A stretch of DNA of 64,000 nucleotides from Botryllus schlosseri (lineage: Eukaryota), in contig CM119376.1 in the NCBI GenBank assembly GCA_051294905.1, positions 1,798,001-1,862,000 on the forward strand, read 5' to 3'. Shown piece by piece: positions 1 through 12,800 of the stretch; the stretch's first letter is position 1, and each line of letters begins with the position of its first letter. The translations under genes were made by a program, and so were the position numbers. Below the pieces are notes generated by a model that had not been told where the DNA came from, did no database searches, and worked only from the letters and a program-made list of their open reading frames with translations.

Positions 1-701
1 CATTGCACAAGATTTGTATGGCTTTAACAGTGAACTAGTCACAGCCACTGGCCATGAAATCATAGCTTAACAGCTTTTGTACCTATTTATACTGATGCAT
101 AAATCCATTTGTAGTGAAGTTGAAAGGTTCTGTGAAAATAATTTTCAAACTTAGAACAAGGAGAACACAATGGAGCGAGTACTCAAATTTGAATATAGAT
201 TATTCTGATCATTCGAGTAGAGTGGTCAGATATGATGTTTTCCAGTACTGAAATTATATGCTCCATGACACTAACAGTTACTTATCGACCGGAATTATAC
301 TTAAGATACTATTTTCTCATGTGAAAGCCTTGAAACCTTAATTGGTGGCATCACTCATACAAAGCATTTAGTAGACCTACAAAACTACACACGTTAGTGG
401 AAATGACATGCCTGTGAAGTCATTACCAACCCACAACTTTGTCACAAAGTGCGATGATATATATTTTTGCTGCGGAAAAAATAACATACCGGTATCTTTA
501 ATTTGATGTAGGCTAGGCCTAGAGCCCTCATTGCAATTTGAGTCATGTTTAACAGGACGTGTAAACTTATGTAGGATCACACACCAATTAGGCCTAGCGC
601 TTCGATCTCCTGTGTAATTTTGTATTGCTACAGATTTCCACATCTGTATGATTTCCGAACTTGCTCCAGCTCTTGAGGTTTCTGATTGTGCTTTGATATA
701 G

Positions 702-858
702 AAAATCTGCGGAAGCCTTGATGGCCGAATCGGGATGTTGTCAGGAGCACCAAGCCGCTCCGTTGTTTCGTCGTCAGGTCATCGAGGGGAACTGGGCTAA
801 AATCGAAGCCACGCTCTCGGAATTGAAACCGCTTCTTAATCATCAAAAGCATTTACAG
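702..858 (+). CDS. WDR26: WDR26 exon (LisH/CTLH: [12 protein letters not shown]...KHLQ)
   Basis: atag| acceptor, cag|gtacgt donor. Confidence 0.9.
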
Positions 859-3800
859 GTACGTTTCGTCGCACGCAACACGGCGCATACACCGCCAATC
901 ATTTATAACGACGATCTTTTTCAAACAATTGACGTTAGTACATTTGTAAATCATTATGGCCTGACATAAAATCAATACCGTAAGGCATGTTCGGCAACTA
1001 CATGATTGTAATATATATCAAATTTTGCATTCAAGCTGTATGTTTGTATGCATTTTGTCTGGCTATTATGATGCCCTGAATTGAAAAATAATGTGATTCA
1101 CAGCTTATTTTGGATACGGGTTAAATATCCATGCTTCAGATCTGATTTCAGTGTGCGATGTATGCAATGTGAATATGAACGGAAAACAATGATTTTGACT
1201 GCTTCAACACTGCTTCAAATCTCACATGCTGCTCCATTTCATTCAAAAGTATTTGTTCCAAAGAATTCAGGTTAAAGTAGGCCGTCTTTGCGCTTCCAGA
1301 ATGTTACTTCTAGAGTCTTTTAATACGGTACCGAGAAGTAGATTCGACTACTAGATAATTGTAGGTGCCTAAGTTGAGCAAAATTCTGGTGATCTGATTG
1401 TATTCTAATTTTTTGAATTTCTATTCTCTCGTTAGAAAGTTGAACTTGACTTATGTTGCATTCCGTTCCCATTAGGAATTTAGTTCCAATTTTTGAGTTT
1501 TTGTGAATTCAGTCTAGGCTAATTCTAATTGTATTCTAATCCGGAAACAATGTGTAGCTATCATTTTCCATCACTGGTTTACGGTGTGGTACCGTAATGT
1601 GAGTTTTTCCATTAGCGATTAGCAGTGTCAGTGCCATCCGTCTTATCCGTTTCAAATTGACTGAATTTCAAATACCTTCCTTTCAGAGAATGAGATTTTA
1701 TATATTAGAACAAAAATACCTCGAGCTGATCGAAGACGGCAGGCTGCTGGAAGCGTTGCATTGCCTCCGCACCGAGATCACTCCGTTGCGCAAATTTGTG
1801 GGGAGGGTCCACGAGCTTGCCGGGTACGTGACGGTGCTTCGCAGAACGCGATTCTCGCGTTTATTGCTAACAGGCAGACTTGTCCGTATTGCTGGATTTT
1901 GAAAATGCGAAACTAGAACTAAAAGTACTGACTTTTCGAAATCTACCACTAAAACTGGAACTACTCACTTTCAAATACAGCAACTAGAACAGCGCTGGCC
2001 AACCCGTGGCCCGCGAGAAAGTTTTGTGTGGCCCGCAAGGTAATTTCCATTATTATTAATATTATCAAAATGGATTGCACAGATTGTGAACTTGTAAGGC
2101 CAAACAAAAGTTTGATTAGTCTTGTCGCAACACTTGAGATGTGATGACTAAAATATCAGTTCCGACGCATTGGCAGATCCATGAGCCAGTCACATTTTGG
2201 TAGATCTTCGTACACTACAATAAAGGAGAATAATTTACGATAAATTTATAAAAAGTAAAATCTTCTACACGCTTCTCGCAACATGTTGTCACTCAATTTC
2301 TTGCTTTTAATATTGTTACCCCTTTGTGAAAATGAAAGAACGACTAATGTAAGAGATTGAGTCTAACCATGTTCGCGATTACGAGACAAAGTGTCGTTCA
2401 AGATTTGCGACCTTGCGTTTGCGCTCGCAGAAAGACCGACGACTATATGAAACCTAGGCACAAAATGATTGACGCATGTTGGTCGAAGCTTTCGATACCG
2501 ATATGTCCAGGCGCCGAATAGTCCATACCTTGCAAACTGAGCCCAACGATATACAGCAGGCCAGCATTATAGTCAAGTTACAGTAATATTAACCTATGAA
2601 CTTCGAAAAATTTTCGCGCTTGGCGCGGCTAGTGGCCCGCGCAATAGTCCGTCAATCAAATGTGGCCCTTTGGCTTAAAAGGCTGGCCACCCCTGAACTA
2701 GAACTAATAGTAAGCTACTCACTTTTCGAAATGCCACTAAAACTAGAACTAGGCTTAAGTCACCTTTCAAAATCTGCAACTAGAACTAGGCTCAAGTTAC
2801 TTTTTAAAATCTGCCACTAGAACGAGGCTTAAGTCACTTTTCAAAATCTGCAACCAGAACTAGAACTACTCAACTTTTCAAAACTCCCAAGTAGGCCTAG
2901 AACTAGAGCAACTCGCTTTTCAAAAATCTTCAATTAGAACTAGAGCTATTCGCTTTTCAAAATCTGCAACTAGAACTAGGCTTCGTCACTCTTCAAAATC
3001 TGCATTTGGAACTAGAATTTCTCCACTTTTTAAAATGCACAACTAGAACTACCCGTATTCATCAAAAAAACAGCAGTCAACTAAATCGGTGGTTCCTGCA
3101 AGTCTGCTGACGCGCCTGTTGTCGATTTAGATTTCTAATGCTGCGAGACAAGGCGGAACTGCGGAAATGCGCGAAGTGGGAGGGCAAAGGCCGGAAGTCG
3201 AGGGAGAGGCTGATGGAAAAGTTGAGAGGTATTTCGTCTGCTGTGCATGTGTTGGTAGTAGGCTAGTAGGGCATCACATTACTTCTACTTCTGTGTTATG
3301 TTCTTGCAGCCTTTGCTAGCTCAGACTCATCACTACTAATAGCCACATTGCCAGGTGTGGGTTTGTGGTGGAAACTGGAAACCCTATCCTTTTGAAATGC
3401 TGATGCTGTCTCCAATATTTCTTAGCTCATTTACAGTTCAGTAATTCGTACTGTCACTATTAGTTAGTTGTGGATTTTTGAAAAGGTTGTAGTTCTAGTC
3501 TTAACTGCGCATCTTGAATGTCCAGTCTGGTGTTGACACTGGGTTCACCTGTGTTATGGATAGAATATTGTTCGAACAGCGTACCTGCCTGAAGATATTA
3601 TGTTACCTCCTCACCGTCTACAAAGTCTTCTGTCGCAAGCGGTCGAGCTACAGCAGACAAAGTGCGCTTACCACAACGCCAAGATATCAGCGAGAGATGA
3701 CATGTCACTCTTGACAGACCATATTTGTTCCAGGTAACCTTATACAATTGATATTAAAATCGCACTGCCGCCAGTAAGAATTAAGGTTTGGAAAAATTGA

Positions 3801-6800
3801 GTGTCACTCATTACGGCGTCGTAGCATCGTGGCAAGTTCAAATACGTACCTATATTTGCTGCCACAAAGAATATGCTGGTTTTACATCGCATGAAAGATG
3901 GTTGGGTATTTTTAAACCATGCCCATTTCATTTCAACTTGTGACAATGCTTTGATTTGATCACAACTTTACATAGATGGTCTAATTATAGTTTTTAATAA
4001 CGTGTGTAGCGTTGCACTACATGTATCGTATGCTAGGATGCTGCCAATCAAGGTTTTACGGTTTCCACAGAGGAAAATACTGTCAACAGTTTACTTTTCA
4101 TTGATGAATTAAATCTTAGTGGCAAGGAGGGTATCATTTCACCTCTCCACTTGAAGAATCAGAATTAATAATAATATGAGTACTGGAATTATTTTGCTCA
4201 GCATTCCTAATAATGGGAGGTTGGCATTATCGTCCATGTTATGATTTTCTCGTTTTATTCCAGTTCCAGTTATTCTATTCCTACTTTGAAACGATCCATA
4301 TGGGAGTCGTGTTTGTGTATTGCTAGTTGTAATTGGCAGACTGTTCCGTTATCAGGTTGGATTCCGTATGGAGCTAAAACCTTCCTTAGACCTGCTTGTT
4401 AGTATTATGACTATCTCCAGGACACTCGATTACATTCCGATTACATTCCGTTAGTTGTTAATCCTTTGTCGAAATAGCATCTGTCAGCTGGTGATAATTA
4501 TTACTCCAGCAATGAGCAACACAAGCCGATGAATAATGGTAACAAGAGGCCACAGTAGTATTCCCAAGACGTTTATTTCGTTCACAGAAAATTGTAGGAT
4601 GACATTAAATTTGTAGCATTACAAATACAGCAGATGTTTTCACGCTTGATACATGACTGTAATTTATAATAGGCTAAGCATATCAATTTCAATAATTTTT
4701 ATTGAAATCCTGGAACTAGGTTTTCGTGGGAAGGAAATAGACACAGTTCTACAGTGGATCATTTTATGTGTTATTTTAACACATACGATACTAATCATTT
4801 TATGACCGGGTATATTTAGCAGTAGGCTATAAGATTTGAATTGGTAGTTGAATAATATTGAAATGTTTAGGACCATTCGCCTATACCTTAGTGTTAGTAT
4901 TATAAATTAGTTATTATAGAAGCTTTTGCAGGCTATGACATCATCACCAATGGTGACTGATACGCGGGCTGGCTGAGCCATTACCATTAGTCACATTATT
5001 ATTACTACGAACGCTTGATATCACGGATTGCAGTAAAGAATATGCATATGCCGCTAGCAATCAGGGCACTATAACTTCGGTTTTTGGTTGTAAACGGAGC
5101 TGTGAATGCGGTGAATGTGATATTCTCTGAATGGATTACTTTTTGTTATGGGGTGTGTTGCTGGCAATTAAAATATAACGTGGGAAACTAGTTTGGTCTC
5201 GAAAATATTTTGATGCTCAAGATTTTGACATGGAATGAATTTGTTAATGTGAAATGACAATACCCATAAAACTGAATCGTTTCTGTCAGCACCATTGATA
5301 TACGTTTCCAGATTTTGTCAAAGAGGGAATATCTTTTGAAATCTAGGTTTTTTTGGGCCCAAGTTGTGATACTGATAAGGCCTAGACGGCTAGGCACTGT
5401 AGGCAGTAACGGATCAGTGATTCTATTCCGAATTGAGTATTAGCCTTCAAGTCTAGTATTTCAGTAGCTCTCGTTGTGACATTGTAACTGTAAGTTTTCC
5501 TCAGACTTGGAAGAAAGTTCGAAATAAACCTATGTACCTTTTGTGTGACCACAAAGGAATAAATGCCTGTTATCAGGGTTGTAACCAAGTCGCAAAGTTC
5601 CCAAGTCACAAGTTCATTTGACTTTGATAGTTTTGACTCGAGTCAAATCCAAGATGTAAAATATACTGTTAAGTATGGAGTTCAAGTCAGGTTCAACCTA
5701 CTTCTGTGAAACTCCTCGGTGATATCGAAAGCCTTGGCTTTGAGATCTGCTCATTTTTCCAATGTAGAAAATATTTTCATTCAAACAGATAAAAGACCGT
5801 TTCTAGTCGTATTTTTCAATTGAATATTTGAATACTGATAACTTATATAGAATGTATCGAGTCTTACGACTGGGTCGAGTCATGCTCAAAAGTGCAAGTT
5901 GAGTCGATGTACAAATTGACTCAACCGAAACGAGAATTATTGTTTCAATACTAGCTGCCAATGTGGAACCTTGGTCGGTCGTATCGCAGCATACAAACGT
6001 GTAGTAGGCCTACAAAGCTACTTACATTAGTGAAAATGACATGTTTGTCACAAAGTGCAATGAAGTAGGTACGGTGTGGTCGAAAAAACAGCAAATATCT
6101 TTAATGTGATGTGTAACCGGCGTTATGTTCTTTGTGGTCGCATAAAAGGTAGGCTACATGTTTGACCGTTATGAGTGATAGGCCTACTTGATTTTGACAA
6201 GCCCGACTTACAATTAATACTCCATTCGCGTTGGAAATTCTTGTGCCCTGTCTCCCAGTGTATTTTTCTGCTAATCATGTGTGATTTGTCAGAAAAAATA
6301 TTCCCACTCAAGTCAAGCAAGTATTGAGTGACCACTGTGACGAGGTCTGGTTCTGCAAGTTTTCGAACGATGGAAAAAAGCTTGCGACCGGCTCAAAAGA
6401 CTCCACAATTATCCTATGGGATGTTGACCCCGTAAGTGTTCCATCTGCAAGACTACATTTGCTGCCGTTTGTGTTTCATAAGCACGGTCCATCAACAATT
6501 CTCTGGGTTATTATCAAGTAGGTTTCGAAGAGCTAGAACTACTCGCTTTTCAAAACTTGCAACTACAACTAGAACTGTGGTTCTCAACCTTCACCGACGC
6601 CTTTTGGGCAGTCCCCCCCCCCTATAAGTTAAAATTCAAATTTAGCTCGATTATCATGCAACCATCATCTGTCTTGTTCAAATATTAACTGTAGGCAAGT
6701 GATAAACGGCACCAGTTTGACTTTGTGAAAATAACATCATGCTATATGTAGAAATAGAAATTATGGCGAATTTTATAAAATCAAAGCGAATTCTGCAGCT

Positions 6801-9800
6801 GCATTTCTTAAAATATGTGTTGCTGTCCAGAAAATCCATGTCTACAAAAATAGTTGGAGGCAAATAGAACAATAACGTGGAACGCTTCCCACTGCAGCTT
6901 TGGGTATGATCGTGACCTATTTGGCATCAAAATTGATGAACAGATTTTGTATGGAACATATCAAGTCCACCCTCATCATTTCTATCCAGCAGCTCATCTT
7001 GAAGTTGTTATGGAATAGTGATTATGTGTATCACTGTAGAAAAGGGGGAATCTGTGGTGAGGTTTCAATCCCTTTGGTACAAATTAGGAAAAAAAACTTC
7101 AGGAATTCAAAAGCGAAACTGCCTCATGATTTCCGTAGCTTAGAAAATTACAAATAAGGTTGTCAACGTTGGGTGTGAATCGTGATACCGGTGTTCTGTT
7201 GTGTGATGTTCTTACAGCCAGTGCCAGCTCAGAGTCGCTCCGATTCCGATAAAATGAAAATGAATGAGTTACTTCTGAATTGAACCTGGTTGTATGTGTT
7301 TTAGCTCATTGTGGTTTTTAAAGGGAGTTGGTTTTAGTTCTAGGTGTGAGTTTAGAAAAGTGAGTGGTTCTATTTGTATTTCTAGTCGATGATTTTGAAA
7401 ATTCAGCAGTTTGTAAAAGTCTGGAGCGTGAGCCTATGGACCTGATTCTGATTTCTAAAACCTTGATTTATCGATGCAGGTAACCCATCAGGTCAAGCAT
7501 TTCAAGACGCTCAACGGTCACACGTACGGGGTCGCCTTCTTATCCTGGAGCCCCGACGACTCTCATATTCTAGCTTGCGGCAGCGAAGAATCTTGCGATT
7601 TTTGGATTTGGAATGCCCTGGTCAGATTTCGGATTGAAAAGTTTTGTTATCTTGCTTCTCTACTGCTTGATACTAACTACTCTCCTACAGTGATACCCCA
7701 ATAAGGGTTAATATGATAATTTGGCCTAAAAAGCGATGTCAACGTTTGTAAAATCTACTGTGCACGTTTCAAAAGCCCACAGGTAAAAAGGTTATGGTTT
7801 TTTGTCAAAAACTTGTGTAGAAGAACAAAATATAGAAGTGAAAGTAGTGTAACAACATCTTCGTTTCAGTAATTAAATACGGCAGTGTGTTCACATTGAA
7901 ATAATCCCGACTATTTTTGGCTGACACTTGTCAGGGGTAATCGTCAGCAACTAGTAGCCTATCCATGTTGAAAAGAGCATTGTAGACGTGACGTGGCCAC
8001 CCCAAGGAATATAATTTTTTCGCAGACCGGTGAGCTGAAAACGAAACGAAGTCATTCGAGCGACGACAGTTTGAGTTGTTGTCAGTGGATGCCGGACGGT
8101 GAGCGGTTCGTTACTGGTGGCACGAAGGGGCAGTTTTACCAATGTGTAAGCTCATTTTTTCTTGCCATTGACTCCGTTGTTACATGATAATCTAAGTTAG
8201 ACTATTGGAGGTGCAAAACTGCAATGTTTGTATTGACGAATGTATTCCGATCAATTGAATAGTATATTCGTATCAGGGTTGTAACCAAGTCACAAGGCTC
8301 CGAGTCACGAGTCAATCTCACTTTATAGTTTTGACTTGAGTCAAGTCAGTGAGCAGAGTGTCGAGTCCGAGTCATTGTGTTGACTGCTCAGTTTCCAGTT
8401 AAAGTCTTGGTAAACCCACTTGTTATAACTCTGTTTGGAGATATCAAATGGTTCGCATTTATGTAATACTAATTTTCCTCACTTTTAGCAGTGTCTGGTT
8501 GCATTTTCAAGTACCAGTACCAACAGACGAAATCCCAATAGTGTAGTTACTTTACTATTCTTCGAAATTACAAGGAAATGTTGGTCTTGGCTGTCTGAGT
8601 CTTGAGTCATATGACTTTGTTCGAGTCATGCGCAATGACTCGAGTCCAAGTCGAGTCGTTTCCCTATTCTGATGAAATGACTCGAGTCAAGTTGAGTCGT
8701 CAGAAAATCGCAACTCGAGTCGGACTGGAGTCGAGTCAAGAAAACCCTGATTCGTATTGAAATGAACCGAAATATTTCCGGCTGACACTCGTCAGGGGTA
8801 ATCGCCAGCAACTAGTAGAGGATTGGAAAGAACATTGTAAACAACAATCGTATCACAAATTATGACTTCACCGGCATGGAGTTACGAATAATTGGGGCAA
8901 AGAGATCGCTTGAGCTCAATGTGCTATTGGATGGTAGGCCTACACAAACACCTGTAGGCTCATATTGGTTGGCGGTTTTTGCTAAAAGTCGACTCCAAGA
9001 CACCCAAATGAAAGCTTTTCCACTGACACTCATCAGGGCCGAACCCCTCACCGAGATTGTGGGCGATCATGGGGGGTCACAATGAAAGGCTGATAGTCTC
9101 GTTTTGGCCGCCCTGTAAACTAGAAAATTTTCAGTTTTTCCGAATTCGATTAGAATTAGAATTACGGAATTAGCGAAAACTTGGAAATTCCAAAAAAAAA
9201 TCAAGTCCATTTCATATCAAAGCATAGTTAATTGTCATAAGCATGGGAATGGCGAATGACTGTACACTAGGGGTGTTCAAAAATGTCTTTTTTCTCAAAT
9301 TGTGCTGGCTACTTGATAAAATTGTTAGGTTACCTAATTCAAGCCTACACACCAAATTTGGTTCAATACCAGCCAGTTGCTACAGGAGAAGAAAGTGATT
9401 TTTAAACACCCCTACTGTACACATCGAATAGGGCTCGTTTCACGCAATATAGCTCTATTGTAGCATTATCAGGAAAACCACGAATGAGATTAGAAGGATA
9501 TTGAGAGCATGAAACATCACACACACCTTAGATTAGAATTGGATTACCAGTGTTTCACTCCACTAGTTAGTCGAATTAGTTAGTCTGCCGCTCTGCTATA
9601 GAGCGATATGTTTTGAACTTCTGGTTTGTGAATAAGGATATTGATGCCAAGGACTGTAATGCAGTTACGTTCTCATAACAAGTGACGGTTTCTTTGCGCA
9701 GGACCTTGACGGGGCTGTAATTGACTCGTGGGAGGGGGTACGCGTCCAATGCCTGGCTTGCCTGCCCGATAACAAGACCGTTCTGGCCGCGGACACGCAA

Positions 9801-12800
9801 CACAGGATCCGATCCTACAATTTCGATGAAATGACCGATGACGAGTGGTAAGTTTTTGTATCAAACTGAGTCTATTCGAGGGTCGCGACTAGGACAGGCA
9901 CAATCATTCGAGTAATTGAATCTGAATTGACTAATGATTCTAATAATTCGGGTTGAGTAATGAGAGATAATCTCTTCGAAATTGTACGCTCCTCAACACA
10001 AAGAGTTGATATATAAAATTATAGTTTCGGTACTATTTCCCACTGTGAAAGGCTGTGAACTCTACCAAATTTTCCTTGGTGTCCCAGACGCACAAGTAAT
10101 ACATAGTAATGTTTAGTTAGATGTGTAATGCGGTAGTTTTTCTGACTCCATAAAAATTACTTCCCAAGCCATTGAAGGTTAAGAATCGTACTGAACTTGA
10201 ATTAATTATGTGATGCAACATATTAATTTATATTCCATCGGAAATATCAGACACGCATTCGACTTTTCAAAAACAAAGGACTTAGAGTTCAAAACGGGCG
10301 TGGTTTCGATCGCGTAAATCCACTATCTGGCTACGCCACTGTTGGTAATGAGGACTCTGAGCTGGCAACGGCTGCAGAAACCTCGCACAACAGATTCACA
10401 CGAAACCGCAACACTTGTATTCTAATTGTTCGGCACCTAATATTTTTTATCAAATTTACAACTTGAACTACTCACTTTAAATATCGGCAACTAGAACTAG
10501 ACCTAATCGCTTTTCAAAATCCGCAACTGGAACTAGAACTACTCGAAAAACCGTTTGTTGGTTAACCGTCGACTAATTAAATGGGTAGTTTGTACAAGTT
10601 TGCAAGAAAGGGTTGGTTTTGTACTATGATGCTCATTACAACTTGATCATTGACATTGAACAGCAACAAAAAGTAGTGTTTTAGTGTATGCAGGTATGCC
10701 TGTAAAATTTCATGAAAGCTTCATGGATACGGGCACTTGCAAGGTTAAGAAACACTTGTATATTCTTTTTCAGTTTCCGCGAAGACAACCCAATCGTGTC
10801 GTTTTCTGTAACTAGAGATGGAAAGTGCGCTTTGCTAAACGTTTCACAGCAGGTTTGTGGCTGGCTTTTTAGGTCAGTGGTTCTCAACCTTGTTGACCGA
10901 GCGGACCGGTATAAGTTCCAAAGAAATGCTACGGACTGGTTAACCTTCGAAAATCAAAATTAACCCAAGTTTAAAACGATACCGAATAATCACAATCAAG
11001 TTGGAAGTGTTAAACAGGACTTTGCTAGTTTTGGCTTGCACAAGGGTCCGACTCAAGTCTCGATTTTGTGGTGACTCGACTTGACTCTAGTCATTATTTC
11101 AAATGCACAAAATGCCTCGACTCGGGTCAATTTTTGTATTGACTTGACTTGTACTCGAGTCATTGTGCATGACTCGAACCAAGTCATATGACTTAATACT
11201 ACGACAGCTAAGAGAGACATTTCATCATAACGTTGAAGAATTGTGCGTCAATCCATGTCGGTTGTTCCTGGCCATTGTAGCAACTATCTCGGAATTTCAT
11301 GAAAATTGGTATGCTTACAGCACTTTATTTTCTGATTTGAGAAAAGTAAATTTTATCAAAATCGGTCAAACAGAACAGAAGATATGACCGTTCAAAAATT
11401 GCTATTTTTGTGTTCGCTCAAGCGGAAAATACGTCAAAAATTTATGCATGTATTTTAAATTTGTTATATTTGGGTCAAATCAGGGTTGTTGTGGGTGATA
11501 CTTTCACATTTGTCATTGACATCCTACTTAACCCGATCGAAACGGCCGGCCTCAAGTCCAAATTTCAATGCATTTAGTAAAATGTTCATAAAATCCGAAC
11601 CACGGGAGTTGAACCGACACCCAATATATCGCTGTAATCGTGAAACAGCCGCCTAACCAACTGAGCTACTCTCAAAGCGAGAGAGAAACAGGTGATGCCC
11701 CTATACCAAGAAGTGTTCTCAACTTTTAGAAAATAAAAGAGAATTTGATTTTTGAATTTGCGACTACGTCATACAAAGACCTGCTCGGGATAGAATCATC
11801 GCCTGACTGATTTCGCAAGGATATCAGGATTCTAAAATGACCTGAGTGAGGTTCTTACGATAATACAATCGAGAGTAACGACCGCTGATATAGCGATGGC
11901 TACAGTTGGATATAGCACGATTGATGCCAGGCGTCTCGCATTCGGCGCACATACACGCGCCGTGAGTTATTCTAGTATCGACGACGTTCAATGATTCATT
12001 TCACCGCGCCGGTGTATATATTAGCTTTGTACGAGTTACTAAGTACTAGATAGTGCTTTGTCGAAACACACCTTGCTCTTGTATAACAACTAGCACTGAA
12101 TATATAGTGGTTGGATTGACAGGTAGTCATACCTGCAATATAAAATACAGTGTTTCACTGATATTTTACTGGGCATTTGAAAAAAGATTAGGTCATATTA
12201 TGCAAGCCTTTTATCGATAATCGTGATGTACACAATCGCTTTGAGACAAGGGCTGTCTATTGAACAAATAGGCATTTTGAAAACCCAGTGTTCACGACAT
12301 GCGCACCGCAGCAATCAGCTTCGAAGTGCACAACTCGACCGCTGACTCTACACACCTATTTTATTCGCTAATTTGACAATGGACATTGGACATTCAGCCA
12401 TATTTTGCTTTTGTTCTCTACCATGGGCCAGATCTGAAACATTTTCACCAGAAGTGAAGCCATTTACGGACATAACTTTGCTGTCATATCGATTGCGCGT
12501 TGGAGATCTTGTAGCTCGTTGCACATTATCATGCTGGTAATGCTGTATTAGTATAAAAAGCAGCAATCGATATGCGTAATCTGCAACAGCGAATCTGCGC
12601 TAATCACAACAGCAAATATATTACCGCGTGTTATTGTTTGGGTAATAACATAGTATCGCGGACGTTCAAATGATTCATTTCACAACGTCGGTATATGTAA
12701 TCGCTTGTCTATCCTTTGTACGAGTTAGTGCCATGTGTTGAAACTAACATTGCTGTTGTACAACACGCGCATCGCAGCAATCAGTTTCGAAGTGCGTTCG

